Shown here: positions 1 to 11,560 of the stretch, in pieces
Layout: every line of letters starts with the position of its first letter
How positions within the stretch are numbered: position 1 is the stretch's first letter
NCBI GenBank assembly: GCA_047601445.1
Contig: JASGJH010000001.1
Coordinates: forward strand, 8,000,001-8,064,000
Direction of reading: 5' to 3'
DNA: 64,000 nt
Source: Myxococcales bacterium
Lineage (GTDB): Bacteria; Myxococcota_A; Polyangia; Polyangiales; DASUME01
The notes under the pieces: generated by a model
The model's input: the letters and a program-made list of their open reading frames with translations, nothing else
What the model was told of the DNA's origin: nothing
The model's database searches: none
Translations under genes and position numbers: made by a program

Positions 1-2257
1 CGGCTGCCTCTTCCCAATCGCGCGCCGCGAGCGCGCGCACCAGAGCGTGGAGCTCGTGGCGAATGCGCGCGTGGAACGCCTTCTGGTCGCGCGAGATGTC
101 CTTCTTGCGCTCGGGTAGGGCGGCCTCCTCGCCGCTCTTCTCGCCGGGCGCCACCATCGACTCCCACTCGGTGACCAAGCTCGAGTCGATGCGCTCGAGG
201 ATGGCACGCAGGAACGCCACCACGTCGACCACCGCGTCGGTCTTGGCCGGCTCGGGCACCGTCTGCACCAGGGTCTTGTAGGCGTCGCTCAAGTAGCGCA
301 GCAGCACGCCCTCGGAGCGCGCGAGCCCATACTCCTTGATGTACTCGGCGAAGGTCATATAGCGCTCGTAGAGGTCGCGGGCGACGCTCTTGGGCCGGAT
401 GTTCTCGCCCACCCAGGGGTGCTTGGCAGCGAAGGCGTTGAAGGTGTCGTAGATGAAGTCCGCGTTGGGCTTGGGATAGGCGACCGTTTCGAGCTCCTTC
501 ATGCGGTCTTCGTATTCCACGCCCTCTGCCTTGAGCCGGTTGATCAGATCGCCTTGAGCCTTCTTTTGTTGGGCGACGAGCAGGGTGGTGGGGTTCTCGA
601 GGATGGACTCGAGCAAGCTCATGAGGTCGAGCGCGTAGCTCTCGAGCGCGGGGTCCAGGCGCTCGATGGTGTCGATGAGATAGAGCGACAGCGTCTGGAA
701 CAGCGAGAAGTCGCGCTGCAGGCTCAGGTGCACACGCACGAAGCGTCCCTTGCCGTCGGGGCGCTTCACGACCTCCAGGATCTGCGCATCGAGTAGGGAG
801 CGAAACAACTGCCGGGCCTGACGCCGCAGGCGCTTCTTGGCGCTCGGGCGCTCGTGGGCGCGCGCGATCAGCCGCACGAGGTGGTGGTAGCCGCCCAGGC
901 GCCCGGTGGGCGAGTCGGCGAGCAGGCTCATGATCATGCCGTGGGTGACGTTGAAGCGGCTCTCGAGCGCTTCGGGCGCGCTGCGGATCAAACGCTGGAA
1001 GGTGCCGTCGTCCCAGGGCACGTAGCCCTTGTCCGGCGGCTTGCGCATGACGACCTTCTTCTTGCCGCCCTCGGCCTTGGCGCGCAGGCGCTTGTTCTCG
1101 ATCTCGTGCTCGGGGGCCTGGCACACCACGGTGCCGGCGCTGTCATAGCCCTTGCGCCCCGCGCGACCGGCGATTTGCTTGAAGTCGCGCACCGAGAGGA
1201 TGGCGGTCTTCTCGCCGTCGAACTTGCAGAGCTTGGTGAACACGACCGTGCGGATGGGCACGTTGATGCCCACGCCGAGCGTATCGGTGCCGCAGATGAC
1301 CTTGAGGCGGCCCTCCTGCGCCAGGCGCTCCACCAGGCGCCGGTAACGCGGCAAGAGGCCCGCGTGGTGCAGGCCGAGGCCGTGGCGCACGTACTTCTTG
1401 ACGTCCTTGCCGTAGGGAGAATCGAAGCGGAAGTCTCCAATGGCCGTCGAGATGGCCTCCTTCTCCTCGCGCGTGGAGAAGTTGGTGCTCATCAGCGCCT
1501 GGGCCAGCTCGGCGCACTCGCGCTGCGTGAAGTTCACCACGTAGATGGGGTACTTGCGCTTCTCGATCAGGTCGTCGAGGGTCTCGTGCAGGGGCGTCTC
1601 GCGGTATTCGAAGTCGAGCGGCACGGGGCGCTCTTCCGAACGCACCAGCGTGACCTTGCGCTGGGTCACCTGCTCGATGCCCTCGATGATGGTGCGCATG
1701 TCCCCGAGCGTCGCGCTCATCAACAGGAAGCGCACCTCGCTCAGCACCAGCAGCGGGATCTGCCAGGCTGCGCCGCGCTCGCTGTCGCCGTAGTAGTGGA
1801 ACTCGTCCATCACGACGTAGTCCACGTCGGCCTTCTCGCCGTCGCGCAACGCCAGGTTGGCCAAGATCTCGGCGGTGCAGCAGAGGATGGGGGCGTCGCG
1901 GTTGATGCTGGTGTCGCCCGTGGACATGCCCACGTTCTCGGCGCCGAACAGCGCGCAGCACTCGAAGAACTTCTCGCTTACCAGCGCCTTGATGGGCGAC
2001 GTGTAGACCGAGCGCAGCCCGAGACAGAGCGCGCGGAAGTGCATGGCGGTGGCGACCAGGGACTTGCCCGAGCCCGTGGGCGTGTTGAGCACCACATGGC
2101 GGCCCTCCATGATCTCCAGGATCGCCTCTTCCTGGGCCGGATAGAGCGAGATGCCCGCGGCGCTGGTCCAGTCGATGAACGCGTCGAGCATGGTGCTCGG
2201 CTCGCACTGGTCGCGCGGCGGCGTGAAGTCGAGCAGCTTGGGTCGTTCTTTGCCCAC
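1..2257 (-). CDS. DEAD/DEAH-box helicase, DUF3516-type (3' end runs off window)
   Basis: Manual translation from GTG at 2257 gives [29 protein letters not shown] (Q motif/Walker A), [14 protein letters not shown] and [13 protein letters not shown]. The frame stays open to position 1, so it is absent from the ORF track. Confidence 0.9.
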   Translation of the reverse strand, partial: MGKERPKLLDFTPPRDQCEPSTMLDAFIDWTSAAGISLYPAQEEAILEIMEGRHVVLNTPTGSGKSLVATAMHFRALCLGLRSVYTSPIKALVSEKFFECCALFGAENVGMSTGDTSINRDAPILCCTAEILANLALRDGEKADVDYVVMDEFHYYGDSERGAAWQIPLLVLSEVRFLLMSATLGDMRTIIEGIEQVTQRKVTLVRSEERPVPLDFEYRETPLHETLDDLIEKRKYPIYVVNFTQRECAELAQALMSTNFSTREEKEAISTAIGDFRFDSPYGKDVKKYVRHGLGLHHAGLLPRYRRLVERLAQEGRLKVICGTDTLGVGINVPIRTVVFTKLCKFDGEKTAILSVRDFKQIAGRAGRKGYDSAGTVVCQAPEHEIENKRLRAKAEGGKKKVVMRKPPDKGYVPWDDGTFQRLIRSAPEALESRFNVTHGMIMSLLADSPTGRLGGYHHLVRLIARAHERPSAKKRLRRQARQLFRSLLDAQILEVVKRPDGKGRFVRVHLSLQRDFSLFQTLSLYLIDTIERLDPALESYALDLMSLLESILENPTTLLVAQQKKAQGDLINRLKAEGVEYEDRMKELETVAYPKPNADFIYDTFNAFAAKHPWVGENIRPKSVARDLYERYMTFAEYIKEYGLARSEGVLLRYLSDAYKTLVQTVPEPAKTDAVVDVVAFLRAILERIDSSLVTEWESMVAPGEKSGEEAALPERKKDISRDQKAFHARIRHELHALVRALAARDWEEAA

Positions 2258-2261
2258 GGCG

Positions 2262-3191
2262 TCAGGCCACGAGTCCGTCTGCCCCGTTGCGCAGGGTCAG
2301 GTACACCGTCGCGAAGAGCACCATGCAGTAACCGTAGGCAAACAGGACGCCCACACCGCAGGCCAGGGACCCGAGCAGGGTGGCCCCGAGCGCAATCAAT
2401 CCGCCCAGCAGGATGGCCAGACGCTGACCGCTCGCGACGCGCCAAGAATTGCGGATGCCGTCGATGCCCCCCACGTTGGGCTGGGCGACCAACTCGAAGG
2501 TGGAGAAGACCGCCCCAAAGCCAGCGTAGAAGACCAGCGCCGCCCCGAGCGGCACGCTCAGCAGCGCCGCTACCACGCCCAGGTCGGAGGAGCCCGCGGC
2601 GCCGAACATGCTGAGGCCGAACAGGAGTCCGAACAGGAGGATCAGCGGAATCACGGCGGCAAAGAAGACCAACCCCTGCAGCGCCATCGACCCAAGCTTG
2701 CGCCACTCGCCGAACAGCATGCCGAGGGTAGCCGGTTCGCCGCGGGCGATCTTCACGCTGATCGACAGCATGCCGAGCGTGAGTAGCCACTGCAGCAACG
2801 TCAGGGGGATGCTCAAGAGTCCCACGAGCGGGAACAGCATCCCTAGCTGATCGCTGAAGCCGAATTGGACCAAGAACACCAGGCCCTGCGGCGCCAGGAA
2901 CGCGACGAACACGATGACGATCACCACCAAGAGCAGCGCCCAGTTGCGCTTGTAGGCGTTCCAGGCGTGGCCCGTCAGCTGGCCCCAGGTGAAGGCATCG
3001 CGCCGCAACGGAAACGAGCCCAATCCCGTGCGCGCCCGGCACGACGGGCAGACCATGAACTTCCCGCCCTCGGTGCAGGTCTGGCACATGTACGTGCCGC
3101 AGCGCTGGCAGACCGCCGTGAAGGGCTGGCCGTCGTGGAGGGCACAGCGAGCTCCGCCGGAGATGTGGCTCGGTGCTTGGGGTTCATCCAT
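2262..3191 (-). CDS. Membrane protein with N-terminal B-box-like zinc finger
   Basis: CALH...[12 protein letters not shown]...CPSC followed by several hydrophobic helices. Confidence 0.7.
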   Translation of the reverse strand: MDEPQAPSHISGGARCALHDGQPFTAVCQRCGTYMCQTCTEGGKFMVCPSCRARTGLGSFPLRRDAFTWGQLTGHAWNAYKRNWALLLVVIVIVFVAFLAPQGLVFLVQFGFSDQLGMLFPLVGLLSIPLTLLQWLLTLGMLSISVKIARGEPATLGMLFGEWRKLGSMALQGLVFFAAVIPLILLFGLLFGLSMFGAAGSSDLGVVAALLSVPLGAALVFYAGFGAVFSTFELVAQPNVGGIDGIRNSWRVASGQRLAILLGGLIALGATLLGSLACGVGVLFAYGYCMVLFATVYLTLRNGADGLVA

Positions 3192-3212
3192 TCGTGACTA
3201 TCCTAGTAACAG

Positions 3213-3905
3213 ATGCGGCTGCTCTTGACGAACGATGATGGAATCGACGCGATAGGTCTGAAGCTCCTGGCGGAGGTGTGCCAGGGCCTCCCGCAGACGA
3301 GTCAGGTCTCGGTGGTGGCTCCCCTGGAGGAGCAATCGGGGGTGGGACATCGAGTCCACACCCGGGGGGGCCTGCGCTGGGAGGACCGCGGCGCGGGGCG
3401 CTTTGCCCTCGGCGGTACCCCGGCGGATTGCACGCGGGTGGCGTTGCGCGGCCTTGGGCTGAGTTCGGACTGGGTGATCTCGGGGCTGAATCACGGCGGC
3501 AACCTTGGGGTCGACATCCATATGTCCGGCACGGTGGCGGGCGCGCGCGAGGGGGCCATCCTCGGCTTGCAGGGCATCGCCATCTCGCAGGTGCTCAACA
3601 TGAAGCATCCGCCGGACCTCGTGCGCATGCGGGCCACCACGCGGCGCGTGCTCGAGCACCTGTTCGCGCGCCCGCTGCCCAGCGGCCAGTTCTACAACGT
3701 GAACTTGCCCTTCGCGCCCGAGAGCGACGAGCCGGAGATGGTGGTGTGCACGCCGGATCCGAGTCCGCACGACGTTCGCTTCAAGGAGAGCGCCGGCGAG
3801 TTCTCCTATTGCGGCGTGTTCTTGAATCGACCGCGTGTGCCCGACTGCGACGTGGAGGTGGTGTTCGCGGGCAAGATCGCGATCAGCGTGCTGCGCATCG
3901 TGTAG
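3213..3905 (+). CDS. surE: 5'/3'-nucleotidase SurE
   Basis: LLTNDDG, VVAP..EQSG, GTPADC, SGLNHGGNLG, SGTVAGA motifs. Confidence 0.95.
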   Translation: MRLLLTNDDGIDAIGLKLLAEVCQGLPQTSQVSVVAPLEEQSGVGHRVHTRGGLRWEDRGAGRFALGGTPADCTRVALRGLGLSSDWVISGLNHGGNLGVDIHMSGTVAGAREGAILGLQGIAISQVLNMKHPPDLVRMRATTRRVLEHLFARPLPSGQFYNVNLPFAPESDEPEMVVCTPDPSPHDVRFKESAGEFSYCGVFLNRPRVPDCDVEVVFAGKIAISVLRIV

Positions 3906-3931
3906 CAGCGCTCCTGGCGAAGGAACGCTCG

Positions 3932-4810
3932 CTAGAAGAGCAGGAACTCGCAGGCGCTCGAGAAGGTGGAGAGTGCCGAGTCGAGGCCCATGCTGAGGTC
4001 GCCGTCGCAGATGGAGTAGAACACCGCGTTTTGTCCGGCCTGCTGCACGAAGGATTGCAGGCGGGAGGCAAACAAGGCGGAGCCGAACATGGAGTCGCAC
4101 TTGGGCGCGGTGCCGCCGGCGAACACTGCGGCGGTCCAGTACTCCCGGCGCCCCTTCAGGCTGTCGAAGTCGTCGATGAAGTCGTCCACCGGGATCGGCA
4201 CGTTGGCGTTGAAAATGTCGCCCGAGTTTTGGCTGCTCAAGTCGTCCTCGTCGGTGAGGACCACCAGGGCGAGCAGCGCGCTAGGCCGCAAAAATCCGGC
4301 GTTTTGGCGATCTGCGACGCGATCGACGAGGGCCGAGCGCAGGGCATTGAGCGGTTGCTCGTTCCACTCCGTTCCGTCGGTGCCCACCGTGGCGAGTGCG
4401 CGGAATTTCGCGCTGAGATCAGGGTCGCTCGAGGAGAGCCACGGCTCGCTCATGTCTGCGGTCTCGAGCAGCGCACCGCCGGCCGCGGGCGGCACCAGGC
4501 CGATCTCCGAGAGCGCGGTGGGAAAAGACGTGGTGGTTACGCCGATGCGAAAGTCGACGCTGCCGTCCTGGAACTTGCGCAGGGACTCCACGAAGCGGTC
4601 GAAGTTCTCGCTGAGGTTCGCCTGCTCCTGCTGCATGGAGGCCGAGTTGTCGATCACGAACAGCACGTCCATTTGCTGGCAGCTAACGCGCACCTCGGGC
4701 TCACCGCCGTCGGGATGGCCCGCGTCGATGCGCGGCGCATCGGGGGCATTCGCGCAACCCGAGGCCAACAAGGAAGCGGCAAGTAAGCAAGCTTTGGCGT
4801 GCTGGATCAC
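3932..4810 (-). CDS. VWA-domain lipoprotein
   Basis: Lipobox LASGC; DVLFVIDNSASM MIDAS motif; IGVTTT; VVLTDEDD. Start chosen at GTG 4810. Confidence 0.8.
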   Translation of the reverse strand: MIQHAKACLLAASLLASGCANAPDAPRIDAGHPDGGEPEVRVSCQQMDVLFVIDNSASMQQEQANLSENFDRFVESLRKFQDGSVDFRIGVTTTSFPTALSEIGLVPPAAGGALLETADMSEPWLSSSDPDLSAKFRALATVGTDGTEWNEQPLNALRSALVDRVADRQNAGFLRPSALLALVVLTDEDDLSSQNSGDIFNANVPIPVDDFIDDFDSLKGRREYWTAAVFAGGTAPKCDSMFGSALFASRLQSFVQQAGQNAVFYSICDGDLSMGLDSALSTFSSACEFLLF

Positions 4811-5008
4811 GACTCGGTTCCGAGCCTTCCATCCTCGCTGATTTCGAGGGCCGGCGTCAGTAGACTTGAGTGGTCTTTTCAGCGGGGAGGTCACGCGACC
4901 TCCCCGCCCATCGCGGCCAAGCCGCGCTGGGACCCACCCCACGGCGAGGTTCGCTGCGCTCACGGCGTGCTGGCTTCCCGCCCAGCGCGTCGCGTGTGCG
5001 AGCGACGC

Positions 5009-5581
5009 TCAGCCGCCGAAGCCGGGGAATCCGCCGCCGCCGCCGAGGGTGCCGCCGCCACCGCCGGGCAAGCCGCCGAAGTCGATGGGGGGCTGACAGA
5101 ACTTACGCTGATCCTGGGAGCCTGTGACCGCTCCGCAGGTGTAGCCCTCATCACTCCGGCAATCGCTGGCCTGTTCGCAGGTTTTGGTGCACGCCGGAGC
5201 CGAGAAGCCCATCAGGCAGCCCGTCCCCTTGGGGCAGTCCGCGTCGCTCTTGCAGTTGAGGATGGTGCAGGAGCCGCCAGGGAACATGATGTCGAACGAG
5301 ATGCCCACGTTGATCGTGACCGTCTTGAGGCAGTCGGCGTTGGCCCCGCCCATACAGTCGCTCTTGTCGTCGCAGGGCTCGCCGACCTCGGCGCCCGTGC
5401 CGTTGCCGTTGCCGTTGTTGCCGGTACCACCATCGCCGTCGCCGTCGCCAGCGCTGCCGCCACCGATCTGGTCCCCCTGCGGAACCACGGCCGCGAGACC
5501 TTGCGAGTAGTCATCCAAATCCGAGCGCCCGCCGCAGGCGAGCAAGCAGGAACCGGCAAGCAGATAAACGAATCTAGACAT
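5009..5581 (-). CDS. Cys-rich lipoprotein
   Basis: MSRFVYLLAGSCLLAC signal/lipobox, GDGDGD linker, CKSDADC and CEQASDCR repeats. Confidence 0.75.
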   Translation of the reverse strand: MSRFVYLLAGSCLLACGGRSDLDDYSQGLAAVVPQGDQIGGGSAGDGDGDGGTGNNGNGNGTGAEVGEPCDDKSDCMGGANADCLKTVTINVGISFDIMFPGGSCTILNCKSDADCPKGTGCLMGFSAPACTKTCEQASDCRSDEGYTCGAVTGSQDQRKFCQPPIDFGGLPGGGGGTLGGGGGFPGFGG

Positions 5582-5776
5582 GTTCTTGAACCTCGACGGC
5601 CCCTGGGCCCAGGGGCATGGCCGCTCGTGAGTCGCAGCAGCCGCCAGAGTTTCGCTTCTTTTCGCAGGAAGCGAGTCATTTCCAGATCGGCCCGGCGCGC
5701 CATCGCTTCTATCACGGAACATTGGCGTGTAGCTGCAGGGACTTGCTCCGGGGGGCCGCTCGCGTACAACCGGCCG

Positions 5777-6718
5777 GTGCGAGGTAGGCAGTCCTCCTTC
5801 GAGTCCTGGGCCCTGGGCCTGCTTGGATTGACCGTGGTGGTCATTCTGTGGGGAGCCTTCGTGCGAGTCACGGGCTCCGGAGCGGGGTGCGCCGACCACT
5901 GGCCCCTGTGCAACGGCGAGTTGGTGCCTCGTTCTCCACGCCTGGAGACGCTGATCGAGCTGACTCACCGCGTCACCAGCAGCCTCTCTGGCCTGCTCGC
6001 AATCGCCGTGTTCTGGCGCTCGCGCCGGGAGTTCACGCCCGACAGCCCAGTGCGTCGCGCGGCGCTGTGGGGCCTCGTGCTGATGCTGGTGGAGGGCGCC
6101 ATCGGCGCGGCCCTGGTGAAGCTCGGCCTGGTGGCCAAGGACAGCTCTCCGTTGCGGGCGTTGGTGGTGGGGCTTCACCTCGGCAACACCTTCTTGCTGT
6201 TGGCGGCGCAGATGGCCACCTGGCTCTTCGCGCGCGGCATGCCCGTGCCCCAGTGGCGCGCCCAGCTCGGTTGGGCGCTGGCACTCGGTGCTGCGCTCGT
6301 GGCCATGTTGGTGCTGGGCGCGAGCGGCGCGGTGACGGCGCTCGGCGACACGCTGTTTCCGGCGCAGACGCTGGACGAAGGGTTGCGCGCGGACCTCGAC
6401 CCGAGCTCGCACTTCCTGGTGCGCTTGCGGGTTTGGCATCCGCTTTTGGCGGTGCTCACGGGGGCCGCGGTGGTCTACCTGGCGCAGCAACTGCGCGCAG
6501 CGCTGCCCAGCCCGCAGGTGTCGAGTTGGGCCATGCGCCTCACGGTGCTTTACGTGCTGCAGCTCGGCGTGGGCGCGCTGAACCTCTTCCTGCTCGCGCC
6601 GGCCGCGATTCAGATTACCCACTTGCTGCTGGCGGACCTTACCTGGCTCGCCCTCGTCGCGCTCAGCGTGAGCGCGCTCGGCGTGGCTCAGCCGAGGCTG
6701 GCGACCGCCGCGTCGTAG
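5777..6718 (+). CDS. ctaA: Heme A synthase (COX15/CtaA family)
   Basis: [28 protein letters not shown], conserved His residues in multiple TM helices. Confidence 0.9.
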   Translation: MRGRQSSFESWALGLLGLTVVVILWGAFVRVTGSGAGCADHWPLCNGELVPRSPRLETLIELTHRVTSSLSGLLAIAVFWRSRREFTPDSPVRRAALWGLVLMLVEGAIGAALVKLGLVAKDSSPLRALVVGLHLGNTFLLLAAQMATWLFARGMPVPQWRAQLGWALALGAALVAMLVLGASGAVTALGDTLFPAQTLDEGLRADLDPSSHFLVRLRVWHPLLAVLTGAAVVYLAQQLRAALPSPQVSSWAMRLTVLYVLQLGVGALNLFLLAPAAIQITHLLLADLTWLALVALSVSALGVAQPRLATAAS

Positions 6719-7179
6719 TTGGGTTCCTGCGCGATCTCGGGCACCTGCTCGGTGTAGACCACGTTGTTGTTCTCATCCAGCACCACGATGGAGCGCGAGC
6801 ACAGGCCCGTGAGCGGACCGGACTTGATCTCGAGGCCGTAGTCCTTGCTGAAGGTCGAGCGGAAGGCGGACAGGGGCGTGACCTTGTCGAGGCCCTCGGC
6901 GGCGCAGAAGCGCTTGAGCGCGAAGGGTAGGTCCTCGGAGATGCAGAGCACCGGGATGCCCTTCTTGGAGACCACTTCGTTGAACTTGCGCACGCTGGTC
7001 GCACACACGGCTGTGTCGATGCTGGGGAAGATGTTCAGCACCTTCTTGCCGGGGAAGTCGTTGAGCGTGACGCGCGAGAGATCTTGCTTGAGCAGCGAGA
7101 ACTCGGGGGCCTTACTGCCGACTTTGGGCAGGTTGCCGGCGGTTTCGATCGGGTTGCCCTTCAAGGTAATGGTCGCCAT
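6688..7179 (-). CDS. tpx: Thiol peroxidase (atypical 2-Cys peroxiredoxin)
   Basis: [38 protein letters not shown]. Confidence 0.95.
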   Translation of the reverse strand: MATITLKGNPIETAGNLPKVGSKAPEFSLLKQDLSRVTLNDFPGKKVLNIFPSIDTAVCATSVRKFNEVVSKKGIPVLCISEDLPFALKRFCAAEGLDKVTPLSAFRSTFSKDYGLEIKSGPLTGLCSRSIVVLDENNNVVYTEQVPEIAQEPNYDAAVASLG

Positions 7180-7384
7180 GGAACGCCTCTCTTTTCGAAC
7201 GGTGTGCGGGATGCGCGCGCACCGAGACTCGTACTGGTGAAACAGCGAGGGACTCGGGCGCCCCCTTCGCCGTACCGCGCAAGTGTAGGGGGCATCATGA
7301 CTTCGTCCACGTTTCGCGAGCACACGCGCTTGCGCGCGCCAACCCCCGCTCGGAGCGGGCGCGAGCGCGCTAGGATCGAGGCAG

Positions 7385-8539
7385 ATGCTCCGTGATCTCC
7401 TCTCCAAGCGACGCCGTCGGCGGGCCCTGGTCGCCAATCGTTCCGTGCTCGCGCTCCATGGCGCGTGCGTCCTCGCGTGGTCGGGCTGTGGTGCCCATCC
7501 GGAGCCGCGACCCCAGGCGAGCGTCCCCGCCAGTGCGCCGGTGATTCAGCAACAGGAGCACACGGTGGCCGCCCTGGGCAGCGCGGTGACCGTGGGCGAA
7601 CAGACGCCCGCTCCGGCTGAACCTGCAGCGGTGCCCGCCCTCGATCCGTTGGCCGCATTGCCGGCGCCGAGCACGAGCACCTCCTTCGGAAGTCCGACCA
7701 ACGGTCGACTCGAGGGCGGCGTGGCGCTCCCGCTGCAGGCACAGGGCCTCCGCTACAACGACCGTCGCAGCGAAAACGCGCGCTTCGCCACTGTGGAGGT
7801 GATTCAGGCCGTGCTGCGCGCCGCGCGGACGGTGGCCGACGAGTTCCCGGCCAGTGAGCTGGTGGTGAACGATATCGGGCTCGAGCATGGGGGCAAGATC
7901 GCGCACCATGGATCGCACCGCGCGGGGCGCGACGCCGACATTTTGTTCTATCTGCTCGGGGACGACGGCCGGCCCACGCCTTCCGTGGGCGCTCCCATCG
8001 ATCCCGAGGGCATCGGCTTCGACTACAAGGATCTCAGCGTGAAGGACGACGACGTGCGCGTGCACTTCGACGCACCGCGCACCTGGCGCTTCGTGCGCGC
8101 GCTGATCGAAGACCAGGCGGCTCCTCTGCAGCGCATCTTCGTGGTGGAGCATCTGCGCAGCGCGCTGCTCGAGGAGGCCACGCGCAGCAAGGCACCCGCC
8201 GACGTGGTGGCACGCTTCGCCGACCTGACCTGCCAGCCCAGCTACCCACACGACGATCATTTGCACGTGCGCTGGTATTGCAGCGAGGAGGACCTGGGCC
8301 TCGGCTGCGAAGATTTGCCGCCGCTCTATCCGTGGCGCAGCGAGCTCTTGGCCGCCCATGGCGTGACGCCGGTGCTCGCCAAGCGTGGCAAGTCGGTGGA
8401 CCCTGCGCCCATCGAGACCAATGCGGACGCCGAGCGCGCCGTGCAACGGCAGAAGCCGCACCCGGACGTGCTCAAGTTCCTGGCTCGTCGCAAGGCCTGG
8501 GAGAAGCAGCCGCATCCAGGCCGCGAGTACTGCCGCTAG
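7385..8539 (+). CDS. Penicillin-insensitive murein endopeptidase (MepA family)
   Basis: [31 protein letters not shown] zinc motifs. Confidence 0.85.
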   Translation: MLRDLLSKRRRRRALVANRSVLALHGACVLAWSGCGAHPEPRPQASVPASAPVIQQQEHTVAALGSAVTVGEQTPAPAEPAAVPALDPLAALPAPSTSTSFGSPTNGRLEGGVALPLQAQGLRYNDRRSENARFATVEVIQAVLRAARTVADEFPASELVVNDIGLEHGGKIAHHGSHRAGRDADILFYLLGDDGRPTPSVGAPIDPEGIGFDYKDLSVKDDDVRVHFDAPRTWRFVRALIEDQAAPLQRIFVVEHLRSALLEEATRSKAPADVVARFADLTCQPSYPHDDHLHVRWYCSEEDLGLGCEDLPPLYPWRSELLAAHGVTPVLAKRGKSVDPAPIETNADAERAVQRQKPHPDVLKFLARRKAWEKQPHPGREYCR

Positions 8540-8607
8540 CTCGGATCGGCACGCTCTCGTAGGGGGGGTGCCTACGCGAGGCCATCTCGCTCGGCGGTCG
8601 CCGCCTT

Positions 8608-8640
8608 AAACGCGAAACGGCCCCGCTTGCGCGAGGCCGT
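8608..8640 (-). terminator. Probable intrinsic terminator
   Basis: Minus strand ACGGCCTCGC-GCAA-GCGGGGCCGT followed by TTCGCGTTT, between convergent genes. Confidence 0.55.
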
Positions 8641-8668
8641 CTCGTTGCGCTGTCGAGCGCTCAGCGGA

Positions 8669-9622
8669 TCAGACGCCGCCGTCGTGCGCACCGGCGTCGC
8701 CGGCGCCCGCGTCACCCGCGGGGGTCACGGGGTTCATGTCAGGGGCGCATGCCTTTGTGCCGAGCAGCGTCTGGCAGGTGTAGCCCGCGTGCTTGCAGTC
8801 GGCCGTGGTCGCGCACTTCTCGGCGCACTGGCCGCCGCTGCCGTAGATCACGCCGGCGCAGATGCCTTCGCTGCTGCCGCAGTCGGTGTCCGCCGCGCAG
8901 GTGGCGCTGCAGGAACCCTGCACGGGCGCTCCGCCGTCGGTGCCTTCGGAGGCGCCGGTGCAGTTGCCGGGGGCGCACTCGGCGTCCTCCGAGCAAGCCT
9001 TGCCGACGACCGCGTCGGTGATGGGCGTAACCATGGGCTTGGGCTGGCAGGTCTTGGGGATGCCGCCGGTGATCAGGCCCGCGAACATGCCGATGCCGGG
9101 GATGCCGTTGAGGGCGCCGTCCTTGATCATCGCGCACTCGTAACCATCACGGCAGTCCGTGTTGGCTTCGCACTTCTTGCGGCATTCGCCGGAGAGGGCA
9201 CCGGTCAGACCGCCGCCGCCGCCGCCGAGGAAGCCCGACAGGGTGGAGGGCAGGATGCCGAAGCAAGCGCCGCCGGTGTTGCAATCCGCGTCGGACTTGC
9301 AGGTGGCCGTGCAGTAGTTGCCGGGGGTGGGCATGGAGAGGTCGATGCCCTGGCCGATGAAGCCGCCGAGCAGCATGGGCAGCATGCCGCCCGTGAGCTG
9401 CTTCGCACACTTGCCGGTGGGGCCGCAGTCGCCGTCGATGCTGCACATGTTGCCGGCCACGTTCGGCTCCAGCAGCGGCTTGGCAGGCGGTGGCGTGGAA
9501 TCGCCGTCGCCGTCGCCGTCGCCCTGATCGTTGTTGTTGCTGCTGCTGTCGTCACCGCAGGCGGTCGCGAGCATGAGTGCGCCGATCGCGGCGAGTAGCT
9601 TCCATCCAGTGCTGCTGGCCAT
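8669..9622 (-). CDS. Cys-rich lipoprotein
   Basis: Lipobox LATAC, GDGDGD linker, repeated C..D.DC units, C-terminal DAG repeats. Confidence 0.8.
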   Translation of the reverse strand: MASSTGWKLLAAIGALMLATACGDDSSSNNNDQGDGDGDGDSTPPPAKPLLEPNVAGNMCSIDGDCGPTGKCAKQLTGGMLPMLLGGFIGQGIDLSMPTPGNYCTATCKSDADCNTGGACFGILPSTLSGFLGGGGGGLTGALSGECRKKCEANTDCRDGYECAMIKDGALNGIPGIGMFAGLITGGIPKTCQPKPMVTPITDAVVGKACSEDAECAPGNCTGASEGTDGGAPVQGSCSATCAADTDCGSSEGICAGVIYGSGGQCAEKCATTADCKHAGYTCQTLLGTKACAPDMNPVTPAGDAGAGDAGAHDGGV

Positions 9623-9817
9623 GGCCAAGTCCTCCAAAAGAGTGTCCGAAGGGTCGAACGAGGCCCGGAACCTACACGCAGCGTTTCCAAAACTCCATAC
9701 CCGGGGGCCCTCACGAATTGATTGAGCGTGCAGAATCGACAGCCTCGCACCCTTTTTCTGGCCGGAACGGATCTCTGAAGCGGAATTGCGAGTGTCCATG
9801 CTAAGCGGGATCTCGCC

Positions 9818-11542
9818 TTGGACACCGACCGCCGTGCGCAGCGTCATGGGGCCTGGATCGCAGTCGCCCTGGTGTGCGCAGGCGGCAAGCTATGGCAGCA
9901 GGGCGTGAGCGGTCAGGTGGTGCTCGGCGCTGCTGCCGATGGGCTCTTTATCGCGCTCTTTGGGCTAGTCATGGCCTGTGGCGCAGACCCCATCGCGCGG
10001 CGTCGGCCAGCCGTCGCCAGGGGCTTCGACCTGCTGCTTGGGCTGGGGCTCGCGGCCTGCCTGGGCTTGGTGTTCGCCCACACCTGGTTCTTCGATGCGG
10101 CCATCGAGCGGCGCCTGACCGTCTTCGACGTGACCTCCGCCGGGGTCGCCGAGTTCTTTCGCGAGGTCCTGCCCGCTGCGGGGAGGCTGGCGCTCCTGGT
10201 CTGGCTGGGGTTCGCCGCGCTCCTCGGTTGGGGGCTCGGGCGCGTGCTCAGGACCCCTCCGTTGCCGGCCCAGGCCTTCGCCGCATGGCTGGCGCTCGCG
10301 CTGTCCGTGGCGATCTGGGGTGCCCGCGCGCCGCGCGTTCCCTCCGTGCTCTTCGACAGTGCCGCCGAGCTCTGGGCCATCGTCTCGCTACCGAAGCTCG
10401 AGCCCACCCGCGATCAAGCGGCGCGCAAGCTAGCGCGTGAACTCACGCCGGGACCCTCGGACCAGCTGCCGTCCCGTGCGCAAGCGGGGACGGGCCCGCT
10501 GCCCTTCCGCAAGCTCGTGGTGCTCGTGATGGAGACCATGACCTCGTCTCGAATGGCCGACGAGAGCCGCGCGCTCCCCGCCGCCACCTTCGTGCACAGT
10601 GGGCTTTCGCACGCCCACCGTTACGCGCAGCACGTGCCCAACAACCAGGACAGCCGCACCGGCATGCTCAACATGCTGTTCTCTCGGCTCATCCCTTACG
10701 AGGCCTATACCGACCAGGGGTTGGCTGGTTACGCCGGCTTGAGCCGCAAGCCGAGCCTCGTCGATCGCCTGCAGGCGCTCGGCTATCGGAGCGCGTTCGC
10801 CGTCTCGCAGGTCGCACTGGAGGAGGTCGTGCGCGACTTGCATTGGGATCAGTTCCTGCACTGGAGCGAAGCCGAGATCGAGCAGCAACGCGCCCGCTTC
10901 GTCTGCCTGGCTCCGGACATCTACGAGAATGGCTGCGAGGATCGCGCGCTCCTGCCCAAGGTGCTCGCCTTCTTGAGCGAACACGAGCGGGCCTTCGTGT
11001 ACCAGGAGTTCATCTGGGGCCACGCGCCCGAGTACAACGAGCGCACGGGCCTCACCAACACGGCTTATTACTCTGCCTACGTGGATGCGTTGCTCGCGGG
11101 CCTACGCGCGCGGGAGCTCGAGCGGGACACGCTCATCGTGCTCACGTCCGACCACGGGTTTCGCGACAAGAGCCTGCAAACCCAGCGCTGGGTCTACGAG
11201 ATTCCGCTCTGGTTCTTCAGCGCCGACGCCGTCCCCAGTGAGCGGCGCACCCTGACCTCGCACGCGGATTTCGAGCGCTTGTTGATGCGCGAACTCGGCT
11301 TGGGAGCCAGCGCGGCGCGTGATGCTCCGGCGCTCGTGGTGGGGCCCACCGGAAACGGCATGCTCACGGCGCTGGGCGAGGGCGCTGCGCTCGTGTCGAT
11401 GCGGCGAAGGGGGCCCCTCACGCTGTTGGTGCGGGACTCGGCCCCGAACTCGGAAGACCTCGGGGGCCTGGACGCGGCACAACTACTGGGCGGGTTCGAG
11501 CTCTATCGCCAGGACTTCGACGCCTGGCTCGCTGCACCCTGA
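9818..11542 (+). CDS. Membrane-anchored sulfatase/alkaline-phosphatase-superfamily transferase
   Basis: N-terminal TM helices, LVVLVMET, DTLIVLTSDHG. Confidence 0.7.
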   Translation: MDTDRRAQRHGAWIAVALVCAGGKLWQQGVSGQVVLGAAADGLFIALFGLVMACGADPIARRRPAVARGFDLLLGLGLAACLGLVFAHTWFFDAAIERRLTVFDVTSAGVAEFFREVLPAAGRLALLVWLGFAALLGWGLGRVLRTPPLPAQAFAAWLALALSVAIWGARAPRVPSVLFDSAAELWAIVSLPKLEPTRDQAARKLARELTPGPSDQLPSRAQAGTGPLPFRKLVVLVMETMTSSRMADESRALPAATFVHSGLSHAHRYAQHVPNNQDSRTGMLNMLFSRLIPYEAYTDQGLAGYAGLSRKPSLVDRLQALGYRSAFAVSQVALEEVVRDLHWDQFLHWSEAEIEQQRARFVCLAPDIYENGCEDRALLPKVLAFLSEHERAFVYQEFIWGHAPEYNERTGLTNTAYYSAYVDALLAGLRARELERDTLIVLTSDHGFRDKSLQTQRWVYEIPLWFFSADAVPSERRTLTSHADFERLLMRELGLGASAARDAPALVVGPTGNGMLTALGEGAALVSMRRRGPLTLLVRDSAPNSEDLGGLDAAQLLGGFELYRQDFDAWLAAP

Positions 11543-11560
11543 AGAGAAAACGGGCGCGCC

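Noticed and set aside
854..2614. 586-aa + strand ORF
   Set aside because: Antisense shadow of the minus-strand helicase, typical of high-GC DNA; no motifs
7385..8539. MepA-like peptidase as the phage endolysin
   Set aside because: Lies about 9 kb outside attL among host genes
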